A stretch of 64,000 bases of DNA from a bacterium (GTDB lineage Bacteria; Patescibacteriota; Dojkabacteria; B142; OLB20), in NCBI GenBank assembly GCA_021463645.1, contig JAJTYI010000002.1, positions 12,080 to 76,079 of the forward strand. Reading direction: 5' to 3'. This document shows positions 44,918 through 52,595 of the stretch, piece by piece. The notes beneath the pieces were generated by a model. The model saw nothing but the letters and a program-made list of their open reading frames with translations, was not told the origin of the DNA and searched no databases. Numbering within the stretch: the stretch's first letter is position 1; each line of letters begins with the position of its first letter. Position numbers and translations under genes: made by a program.

Positions 44918-45502
44918 CTACCTCAAAATCCTCACAAACTCCCCCTCATCGAGTGTCAAAATCGGCAAATCCGGTGATATTTTCTTCAGTAGATTTATTT
45001 TCAATTCTCGTCTTTGTTCAATGTCCCAGTGACACAAGAGATTGATATCTAGTAAACCTATTCCTTTATGTACGTTTTGGTTATCTTGGTAATCGAAAGA
45101 TAGAACATAATGCGAACATACCATAAAAGCTCCCATAGAACCCCCTGCATACGTTTTGCCTTTAAGTTTTTTCTCTAGGTTTGTGAATTATTGGTAGTAG
45201 GGTTCAATCAACTTTGCATCTCCTCCCACAACATATAAAACATCGAATTGATCGATTTTCGCATTAAAGTCATCTACGTCCTCAACAACTTCTACTTCAA
45301 CATTTTTATATGAGTTCTCAGTAATTTTCTTTCTATAACTTTCCTTTTTTACATCCCAAAACTTCTTTTCCACTGCCCATAGGCACAATAGTAATCTAAC
45401 ATTATCTTTACCTGGAACATCCACCATCTCTTTGAAAAATCTTGTATTACTTTTTCTTTTAATTGAGGTATTACCGCCGTGGAGTAGGTATTTTGTGTGC
45501 AT
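44918..45502 (-). pseudogene. Peptidase S51 (dipeptidase E-like) gene interrupted by one in-frame TAA
   Basis: ORFs 45188..45502 and 44918..45136 are in the same frame. The 51-nt gap translates without further stops (..YYQ*FTNLEKKLKGKTYAGGSMGAF..) and restores the GGS nucleophile region. Confidence 0.7.
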
Positions 45503-45593
45503 TGGGTTTTGTTTATTTTGTTAATTATAACAAATGATTAATCTATCCTAAACAGGCAATTATTGATATAATACATATATAGTAGTTTTTAAA

Positions 45594-45851
45594 ATGGCTT
45601 CTGAATTTACGAGTAAAATTAGCGAACTTGCACCTATAGTAGCAATTCCTTTGGGTCTAGCTTTAGTGTATTTCGGGGGAAGATTAATTCACAGATTAAG
45701 TAATTCTGAAGATCCATATATGCAAGGAAGAAACAGATACATTGAATCAGGTGATATTGAAGATTTACACCCGGAAGATGGTATGAGAGAATCACTTAAG
45801 AAGGGAGAAACTTATAAAAGTATGGCACAGGATATTGAAGATAGAAAGTAG
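45594..45851 (+). CDS. Small single-TM protein, unknown function
   Basis: 85 aa, one TM (LAPIVAIPLGLALVYFGG). The only plus-strand gene in this stretch. Confidence 0.4.
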   Translation: MASEFTSKISELAPIVAIPLGLALVYFGGRLIHRLSNSEDPYMQGRNRYIESGDIEDLHPEDGMRESLKKGETYKSMAQDIEDRK

Positions 45852-45890
45852 TTTTTCTTAATTGAATTTCATAAGAGTGAATCCTTTGTT

Positions 45891-45935
45891 CCCTCAATTT
45901 CTTAATATCTACATTCCTAAATCTCTACATTACCC
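45891..45935 (-). repeat. Purine-rich post-stop motif, degenerate copy C
   Basis: The sense strand reads GGGTAATGTAGAGATTTAGGAATGTAGATATTAAGAAATTGAGGG. Confidence 0.6.
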
Positions 45936-45939
45936 TTTT

Positions 45940-46077
45940 TCATTCATTCTGTAATTTCTCTAATTCTTTAATCCTTTTCTCTGCTTCTTTTTCTTTGCGT
46001 TGGATTTCTTTAGGATCATCTGTACTCTTTATCAACTCTACCTTTCCTAATTCGATATCGGTAATGAAGTCTTTCAT
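45940..46077 (-). CDS. Possible 45-aa charged coiled-coil-like peptide (not in the supplied ORF track)
   Basis: The ATG at 46077 to the TGA at 45940 gives MKDFITDIELGKVELIKSTDDPKEIQRKEKEAEKRIKELEKLQNE. The only support is an open frame between two motif copies. Confidence 0.25.
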   Translation of the reverse strand: MKDFITDIELGKVELIKSTDDPKEIQRKEKEAEKRIKELEKLQNE

Positions 46078-46126
46078 GGAATTTGATTAGTTTAAAGTAA
46101 TGTTAATTTTATGCTTTTATTTTTTT

Positions 46127-46174
46127 CTGAATTTTCCTAATCCCTTAATTTCTAAATCTCTTCATTTTCCTCAC
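46127..46174 (-). repeat. Purine-rich post-stop motif, copy D
   Basis: The sense strand reads GTGAGGAAAATGAAGAGATTTAGAAATTAAGGGATTAGGAAAATTCAG, beginning at the stop of the receiver gene. Confidence 0.7.
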
Positions 46175-46599
46175 TCCCCTACCCAAACCATTTTCTGCAA
46201 TTCCAACTCAAATACATAAGCAGAGAAAAAAGAATCAAATTCGGCATAAATCTCCCAGAATGTTTTACCCACCAGATTTATGAAATGAACTTTCAATTCT
46301 TTTGTAATATATTCTTCAAAATCTTGAACATCAAAGACCGAGAATAATGCTATTGCTGGAGTGCCAAAAATTTTAGGATTTCTTTTGATAATTTCTGCGA
46401 TTTCCAAACCAGAAACTGGAGACATAAGCATGTCGGCTATCACAAATTCATAATTCTGAGTCCGAAGTCTATCAAAACCTTCATCTGCTGTCGTCACATG
46501 CTCCACAACAAGGTCTGGGCGAAATTCTTGGTAATCATCATAAGCACCATCGAAATCAGTCTCGTCGAAACAAAGTACTCTAGCTAAACCGTTCTGCAT
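46171..46599 (-). CDS. Stand-alone receiver (CheY-like REC) domain protein
   Basis: RVLCFDETD acidic pocket, FVIADMLMSPVSGLEIAEIIK (putative phospho-Asp) and PAIALFS. No output domain and no kinase in the window. Confidence 0.55.
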   Translation of the reverse strand: MQNGLARVLCFDETDFDGAYDDYQEFRPDLVVEHVTTADEGFDRLRTQNYEFVIADMLMSPVSGLEIAEIIKRNPKIFGTPAIALFSVFDVQDFEEYITKELKVHFINLVGKTFWEIYAEFDSFFSAYVFELELQKMVWVGE

Positions 46600-46665
46600 T
46601 TGGTTCGGATAATGATTATGTTAATCATATGATATATAAGAGTGTTTGTGCAATATTAGGTGATT

Positions 46666-48861
46666 TTATACTATCTTTATTACGTATAGACCAAATCTTG
46701 CTCTTGTCATAGCCTCGTAATTTATCATTTTATCGTCATCCGAGATATTCTTATTGTGTTGGATATAAATGACAATATCTGCTTCTAAACCTTTGTATGC
46801 ATGTACGGTAAAATGATCTATATTCTTAGAAATTTTTAATTGTTCAAGATTTAGTATATCTTTCTCGCTTAGAAACTTTTCAAATCTACGATCAGATAAA
46901 ATTACTGTAGATACATCTTCGGCTTGTTCAATGCCAACTTCTTTTATTAATTCTTGAATCTCTTTAACTACTAGGTTTTTGTTGTTTACATTCAATATGT
47001 CTGTAAAATTCGTGGTTAATATCTTTGAGTAGTCTATAATCCTCATTTCAGGGCAAATGTCTTCAATAAATTGATGTATTCCTAGACTATTTCTGTAATT
47101 ATTAAATAAAAAATAAATATCTAGCTCTTTCAATGTTCGATTCATATCTAAACCTTCACCCAGCCTTCTGTAGTATTCTTCAACAAAATCTCTTCCAAAA
47201 ATATTCTGAGTTTCATCAGCGGCCAAAAGTATGCTACCTTTATCTGTAAGAAATTTATCAAGAATTAATTCGATCCAATTGAATTCAAAGTCTTGTGCCT
47301 CGTCGATAATAATCAAATCATATGTCTTGGCAATTTCTTCTATCGACTCAAGATTTTTTAATTTAAAATCTTCTAGATTTACATTATCTGGGTTTAAACT
47401 CTTATCAAATTGGTGAACATTGAATATTTCAACATTATTAAAATCTCCAACCTGGTTGTGTATATCATCCGCAAGCTTAGAGTTAAAACACAAATATAAG
47501 ATGTTTTCAAAAGAGTCTACACAATTTTGAATGGTTCTAATACAATGATATGTTTTTCCCGTTCCAGGACCACCTATAACTAAAGTATTAAGTTTTATAT
47601 TAAAATAATCTTTCTCTAATTCTGAATTATTTTTTTTATATGTATCCTTTTTAAAACTTTTTATCAACTTATAGTCCTTGTATCCCTTTGTAATTCCTAC
47701 TAACTCTTCAAAAGATCTTTGTATCATGTTTTTATTTAAGTTACTACTACCTCTCTTATTAAATATTTCTTCAACCTTTATTTCTAAATTTTCCGAAGTT
47801 ATGATATTATCATGCATCGACACATCCCCTCTTAGTTCTTCTTTTCTAGGAATCAAAACTGCTGTCTCATATATTAAATTATTCTTAATAGACGGTATTC
47901 TATGCTCTAAAAAATCGATGAGTGCTCTTTTATTTCTTTCCATTTGTTCGAATAGTTTACTCATACTTTCACCACTTTTATATGTAAGACTTCCATCGGA
48001 ACCGATTGTTAACGAACTCTTCACTTCAATAACAATGAATCCTTTGTCTAAATCAAAAAGTATTAAATCTATCTCGCCTAAATAACATTTATTATTTAAT
48101 TTAAAATCGTATGTTTTTGAATAGATTAGTCTATATTTATTTGATTTATCTAACACTTTTTCCTTTAATAAATACAAAGCGTTTGCTTCAGCTCTCCTTC
48201 CTGCATCTTCTCGTGTTGAGTCCGTCGATACTATTAAATCAACTTTATGAGGTATCAAATATTTAGATTCGACTATTTTTCTTTTTACCTTTATTGCTTT
48301 GCTTTCGGCTATCTTCTTATTTTCGATGTGATAATTTTCTATGCCATCCAATTTAGGCTTGTAGTATTTATTGACGAACTCAGGATCTTCCATTTTTAAA
48401 TTTTTAAATTCTTTCTCCATATCTTCCTTCTTATGTTTTTTCACTTCCTGTTTACCTTCTCGGAGTGCACCTTTAAATAAGTTTTTTAAATTTTTTTCAT
48501 CAATATAAAACCCACTAGATTTACTCTTAAAGTATTCATCTAGTAACTTACCTATGGCATAAGTTAAAGAAAATACAGTAGGAATGGTAGTAACAGCACC
48601 AAAGTAAGGGATAAACTTATATAGACCGATGGCTAATTGTTGTGCAAAAACCCCTATACCAACTATCCCCATTAGCTCCTTAATTATTTCTATTAATTCT
48701 TGTTCAGATAAATTTATTCCATGTGACTTTGCAATCTCTCGACCCATGAGAGCCTGTATAGGAGTTAATATAAAAATATCCGCAAATGGTATGGGTTGGA
48801 TAGCTACAATTGCACAGATAGAACTATATTTGATGATTGTGGATTGAGTATGTTTGTACAA
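46666..48861 (-). CDS. DUF697-like hydrophobic N-domain + NERD nuclease-related domain + SF1 (UvrD/AAA_30-like) helicase
   Basis: N-terminus AIVAIQPIPFADIFILTPIQALMGREIA plus a hydrophobic stretch. NERD core GEIDLILFDLDKGFIVIEVKS. Walker A VIGGPGTGKT, Walker B LIIIDEAQD, and C-terminal VHAYKGLEADIVIY..MTRARFGLYVI. Confidence 0.75.
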   Translation of the reverse strand: MYKHTQSTIIKYSSICAIVAIQPIPFADIFILTPIQALMGREIAKSHGINLSEQELIEIIKELMGIVGIGVFAQQLAIGLYKFIPYFGAVTTIPTVFSLTYAIGKLLDEYFKSKSSGFYIDEKNLKNLFKGALREGKQEVKKHKKEDMEKEFKNLKMEDPEFVNKYYKPKLDGIENYHIENKKIAESKAIKVKRKIVESKYLIPHKVDLIVSTDSTREDAGRRAEANALYLLKEKVLDKSNKYRLIYSKTYDFKLNNKCYLGEIDLILFDLDKGFIVIEVKSSLTIGSDGSLTYKSGESMSKLFEQMERNKRALIDFLEHRIPSIKNNLIYETAVLIPRKEELRGDVSMHDNIITSENLEIKVEEIFNKRGSSNLNKNMIQRSFEELVGITKGYKDYKLIKSFKKDTYKKNNSELEKDYFNIKLNTLVIGGPGTGKTYHCIRTIQNCVDSFENILYLCFNSKLADDIHNQVGDFNNVEIFNVHQFDKSLNPDNVNLEDFKLKNLESIEEIAKTYDLIIIDEAQDFEFNWIELILDKFLTDKGSILLAADETQNIFGRDFVEEYYRRLGEGLDMNRTLKELDIYFLFNNYRNSLGIHQFIEDICPEMRIIDYSKILTTNFTDILNVNNKNLVVKEIQELIKEVGIEQAEDVSTVILSDRRFEKFLSEKDILNLEQLKISKNIDHFTVHAYKGLEADIVIYIQHNKNISDDDKMINYEAMTRARFGLYVIKIV

Positions 48862-48890
48862 GATTTAGATATTTAACGTGATTTATTATA

Positions 48891-49826
48891 TTAAAGATCT
48901 CTCGAATTTTCTTCATATTCTTTATCCAGTATAGATTTGCTCTTGACCTTTTCCTTGTTATCGAAAGTTCTCCCAAATGCATCATATTTAGTTTTTGTGT
49001 ACTTATGTATCTTTTCTTTGTTGAAACCTTTTTTATTAAAACCTTCTCTATCATATCCTTGAATGTTGTAACCCTCACGGTCATACTCAGATTGAGTATA
49101 CTTATTGATTCCTTTAATATTAAATTTTCTTTTATCGAATCCTTTTCTATCGTAACCTAGTTTATTGTAACCTTTACTGTCAAAACCCTGACTGTCGAAT
49201 CCATCTTTGTTAAAACCAAATACGTTGAAACCTTCTTTATCATATCCCTCGAAATCAAATCCAAATTCATCAAAATTATTTCCCGTAACAAAATGGTTAC
49301 TTTTTTTGTTAAAACCATCTTTATTAAAACCTTTATGGTCATAGCCATCCTTATCAAAACCTTCTCTGTTATAACCATTTTTATCATAACCTCTTATATT
49401 AAATCCTTTGATATCAAACCCTTTTAGATCATACTTTTGTCTTGTTTTATAATGTAACCCAAATTTATCAAATCCAGATATATTTAAACCATTAATGTCC
49501 CAGACTTCTCCTTTAACTATTTGATCGTAAAAATCTAATATTTTTATATGTTTAGGATATACTTTAGATAATCTAAGTAATTCCTTTTTACTTTCTTCCC
49601 AATTGCCTAATTTCGCCTCTATCAATGCTTTAGCTGTTTTAGAACTGACTAGAAATTTATTTACAAATATTGATTTGTCATTAACTAGTTCTAATTCCGC
49701 AATAATCTCATTAAAAGTTTTCAGAGCTTCTTGGAATTCATTAATCTTATATTGGTGGTAGGCAAGTTTATAGAGTTGAAGGATCAACTCTTCGTCTAAA
49801 TTCTTTTTTGATTCTTTTTTACTCAC
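48891..49826 (-). CDS. TPR-like N-domain followed by about two dozen 5-residue G[FY][DN]xx repeats
   Basis: KGFDIKGFNIRGYDKNGYNREGFDKDGYDHKGFNKDGFNKK, FGFDFEGYDKEGFNVFGFNKDGFDSQGFDSKGYNKLGYDRKGFDKR and EGYNIQGYDREGFNKKGFNKE. The corresponding 15-nt DNA periodicity is visible at 49000-49450. Confidence 0.7.
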   Translation of the reverse strand: MSKKESKKNLDEELILQLYKLAYHQYKINEFQEALKTFNEIIAELELVNDKSIFVNKFLVSSKTAKALIEAKLGNWEESKKELLRLSKVYPKHIKILDFYDQIVKGEVWDINGLNISGFDKFGLHYKTRQKYDLKGFDIKGFNIRGYDKNGYNREGFDKDGYDHKGFNKDGFNKKSNHFVTGNNFDEFGFDFEGYDKEGFNVFGFNKDGFDSQGFDSKGYNKLGYDRKGFDKRKFNIKGINKYTQSEYDREGYNIQGYDREGFNKKGFNKEKIHKYTKTKYDAFGRTFDNKEKVKSKSILDKEYEENSRDL

Positions 49827-49860
49827 GAGAGTTATAAGCTAACCCCTTTTTGAACAAATT

Positions 49861-52593
49861 TTAAATCTTCTTCCATTGTTTCTTAAAATGTTCGACCTTG
49901 ATATATTCATCTAGAACATGAGAGCAGGATTCCCAGTTAAGGGCTTGAACCATTTTTGGATTTTCGTATTTTGATTCAAACGGACTCCTTTCAGGAACTG
50001 CATCTATAATCTTTTTTGCCTTCTCAATGTTATTTTGTGCAATTTCCACCCATACATCTTCAAGGACATCAGGTAATTGACCAAATATGCTTGTTATTGA
50101 TTTTAATCGTTCGGAAAGTATTGAGTGCACACGATCTTCTATTGAGTCTTTGTACCTCATATTATAAATCCATACTTCATCAAAACGTTGGCCAATCCTT
50201 TGGATTCTTCCTTTTCTTTGCTCAAGTCTTGTAGGATTCCACGGCAAGTCAATGTTAATTAATGCTCCAAGCGTTTGTAGGTTTAGTCCCTCACTAGCTG
50301 CATCTGTCCCAAATAGAATTTTTATTTCACCAGTCTTGACCATTTTTTTTAATTCATCCTTTGGACGCTTAACAAATTGTCCATCGATGAACATCCCGGA
50401 TTTATCTCCACCGGCATACAGGCCTATCTTCATGTCGGGGAAAATATTTTGCTTCACAAGTTTTTCGGCAAACCAGTATGCTGTATCAAAATACTGTGAG
50501 AATATTATGCAGCCTCGTTTTGCCCATTCGCTATCTTTAAGTAATTCTACTAATAAATTGAATTTTGGATCTTCATCGATTCGTTCTCGAATAATTGTGA
50601 TAAATTCCTGAAGTGCATTATATGCACTTTTATCAAGTTCAACTGCATCTTGGGGAATTAGTTCATCCTCATATAAATCGTCCTCTTTAGTAAAATCGTT
50701 CACTTTTTCTTCAATAGGCAAATCCGCCCCTTTATGCCCTTTCAATAGTTTCTCTGCAGTTACACTTCCGGCGAACATTGAACTACCAACTCTTTTTAGT
50801 AATAAGGAAGTAATAAATTTGCTATTTCGTTTTGATTTTGCTAGTTCTTGAGAAAATTCTTCTGCTTTTACATAGGCATCCTGTAAATAGGTAGGAAGGA
50901 CTATAGCCTCCGAATCTTTATCCCCAAAAAGCTGGACTTTAATTGGTGCCAAATAAGGTTCGTTTGTTGCAGGATTAATTGTCGTTTCAAGATATTTTCT
51001 TGTTCTCCGAACTATCTTACGAATAAACGGATTATGTTCATCAATGTATTTATCGCTTATTCTTTCAACAATGTTTTTTTGCAAAGGTTCCAACTCATTA
51101 AATGATTTATTCAGAATATGTTCTGAATCTGAAAGCTCAGCTGAGTCTCTTAAAATTCCAATGTTTTGAGGGTCCTCAAAACTATCTGGTAGGGGATTTC
51201 GCATCCAATCAAAAATCTCTTCAACACGATTCAGTTTTAATTCACCTGATAATAATTTCAAAGCCAAGGCTGGATTAGTTTGCCAATGACTGGCATATGA
51301 ACCTAAAATTTTTTCATCTCCCTGACTTAAGATGTTTAATAAGTCCCAAGCTTCAATAGGGTATAGCTGGATAGGAGTAGCTGTACCCATCAAAATATGT
51401 TCAGTTTTTCTGGCAATTTTAAGCAAGTAATTGTAAAGATTATTTGGTAGTGGTTTTTCGTACTCTTTATCCTTTCCTAGATTCTTTCTGCGGGCACGGT
51501 GGCATTCATCTACAATAATAGTATTATATTCAAGATCTAATAAAAGTTTAGAAGCGTCAGTATTTGCTGTAATAATTCCTTGGGAAATAATTCCAATTTT
51601 TCTTGGACATCTTTTTATATCAAGGGTGCTTTTTCCACCAAAAATGTTTTCTGATTCATCAACCCAACATTTACCGTCCCAAACAGCGGAAGGCAATCCC
51701 ATTAATGTATTTAATTCATCTTGCCATTGCCAGCAAAGAGTTTTTGGACAAATTATAAGCACTGGTTTTTCGCTGTGAAGGGATAATACTTGAGCTGATA
51801 AACCAAGCTGGATTGTCTTACCAAGGCCAACCATATCGGCTAATACATATCGGGCTTTAGAACCTGCTAACTGCGTTCGATAAACTAGATCAATAAAATA
51901 CTTTTGATGCTCCCAAAGCCCCAATTGTTGTCTGTAAACAGGTGATTCGACAACTGTTTCCTCCGGTCTAGAAATCCTTTCTATTTGATAAATGATTTTT
52001 CTTTCTGAAATCCTACGAATATCTTCAACTACGAAATCGATAATATTTCTAGCATTTTCGTTATTCCATAAAGCATCAAATTCATTTTGCACCCAGGAAA
52101 CAGCATCGTATGAATCATCTTCCCAAACTAATTCGTAATTTCTTTCCCAACCAGATTGACTCTCATTCATACTCCCCAAAAAAGAGGTTTGTTTCCCGTC
52201 GGGATAAGTAATAACTCCTGCTTTTCCGTGGACAAAACCAAAAACATCATCAGGCAGAACTTTGATCTCCAGTTTTCCCGATCTAATAAGTGCATAAAGC
52301 TTTTCTAATCTGTCCGGGAATTGAATATCCTGTTTCTCAGGTTGGCTTTCACACCAATCTTTTCGGAGTGCGGCTTCAAATGCTTTGATATTTCTAACAT
52401 CATCAATCTGCAAATGTGCATTACAAATTATTCTGATCTTTCCAGTTACCGAGTCTAATGCCTCTCCAGAGATATCAAAAAGCGAAGTGGAGAAATAACC
52501 GGCGATCCTATCGTAACTTTGTGCTCCAGAAAGTTTGGCACTTAGAAGCGAAGTATTTAATTTTTCTCTTCTTGAAGAAAATCTGTTTATCAT
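49861..52593 (-). CDS. PLD-family (HKD) nuclease domain fused to an SNF2-family helicase
   Basis: FVHGKAGVI....FLGSMNES (HxK..GSxN), LADMVGLGKT (motif I), IIVDECHRARR (DExH), GTATPIQ and EQRKGRIQRIGQ (motif VI). Confidence 0.85.
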   Translation of the reverse strand: MINRFSSRREKLNTSLLSAKLSGAQSYDRIAGYFSTSLFDISGEALDSVTGKIRIICNAHLQIDDVRNIKAFEAALRKDWCESQPEKQDIQFPDRLEKLYALIRSGKLEIKVLPDDVFGFVHGKAGVITYPDGKQTSFLGSMNESQSGWERNYELVWEDDSYDAVSWVQNEFDALWNNENARNIIDFVVEDIRRISERKIIYQIERISRPEETVVESPVYRQQLGLWEHQKYFIDLVYRTQLAGSKARYVLADMVGLGKTIQLGLSAQVLSLHSEKPVLIICPKTLCWQWQDELNTLMGLPSAVWDGKCWVDESENIFGGKSTLDIKRCPRKIGIISQGIITANTDASKLLLDLEYNTIIVDECHRARRKNLGKDKEYEKPLPNNLYNYLLKIARKTEHILMGTATPIQLYPIEAWDLLNILSQGDEKILGSYASHWQTNPALALKLLSGELKLNRVEEIFDWMRNPLPDSFEDPQNIGILRDSAELSDSEHILNKSFNELEPLQKNIVERISDKYIDEHNPFIRKIVRRTRKYLETTINPATNEPYLAPIKVQLFGDKDSEAIVLPTYLQDAYVKAEEFSQELAKSKRNSKFITSLLLKRVGSSMFAGSVTAEKLLKGHKGADLPIEEKVNDFTKEDDLYEDELIPQDAVELDKSAYNALQEFITIIRERIDEDPKFNLLVELLKDSEWAKRGCIIFSQYFDTAYWFAEKLVKQNIFPDMKIGLYAGGDKSGMFIDGQFVKRPKDELKKMVKTGEIKILFGTDAASEGLNLQTLGALINIDLPWNPTRLEQRKGRIQRIGQRFDEVWIYNMRYKDSIEDRVHSILSERLKSITSIFGQLPDVLEDVWVEIAQNNIEKAKKIIDAVPERSPFESKYENPKMVQALNWESCSHVLDEYIKVEHFKKQWKKI

Positions 52594-52595
52594 GA

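Noticed and set aside
44918-45502. Alternative genetic code or stop-codon reassignment (considered because of the CPR-like content and the in-frame stop)
   Set aside because: TAA, TAG and TGA each end well-conserved genes at the expected length. Examples are the M32 peptidase (TAA), the transaldolase (TAG), and pgi and the receiver gene (TGA). No conserved gene needs read-through.
43733-46174. The post-stop motif being a translated C-terminal extension (read-through), because AGA-GAT-TTA-GAA appears in frame with several upstream ORFs
   Set aside because: The motif is internally repetitive, so the alignment and hence the frame is ambiguous. Under the alignment anchored on the conserved ATGAAGA core, the offsets are mixed (0 and +2). 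Several copies contain additional in-frame stops.
49157-49387. 76-aa minus-strand ORF (MIKMVITEKVLIRM..)
   Set aside because: It is an alternative frame of the 15-nt coding repeats inside the G[FY][DN]xx repeat gene. Its own periodicity is just the shifted repeat.
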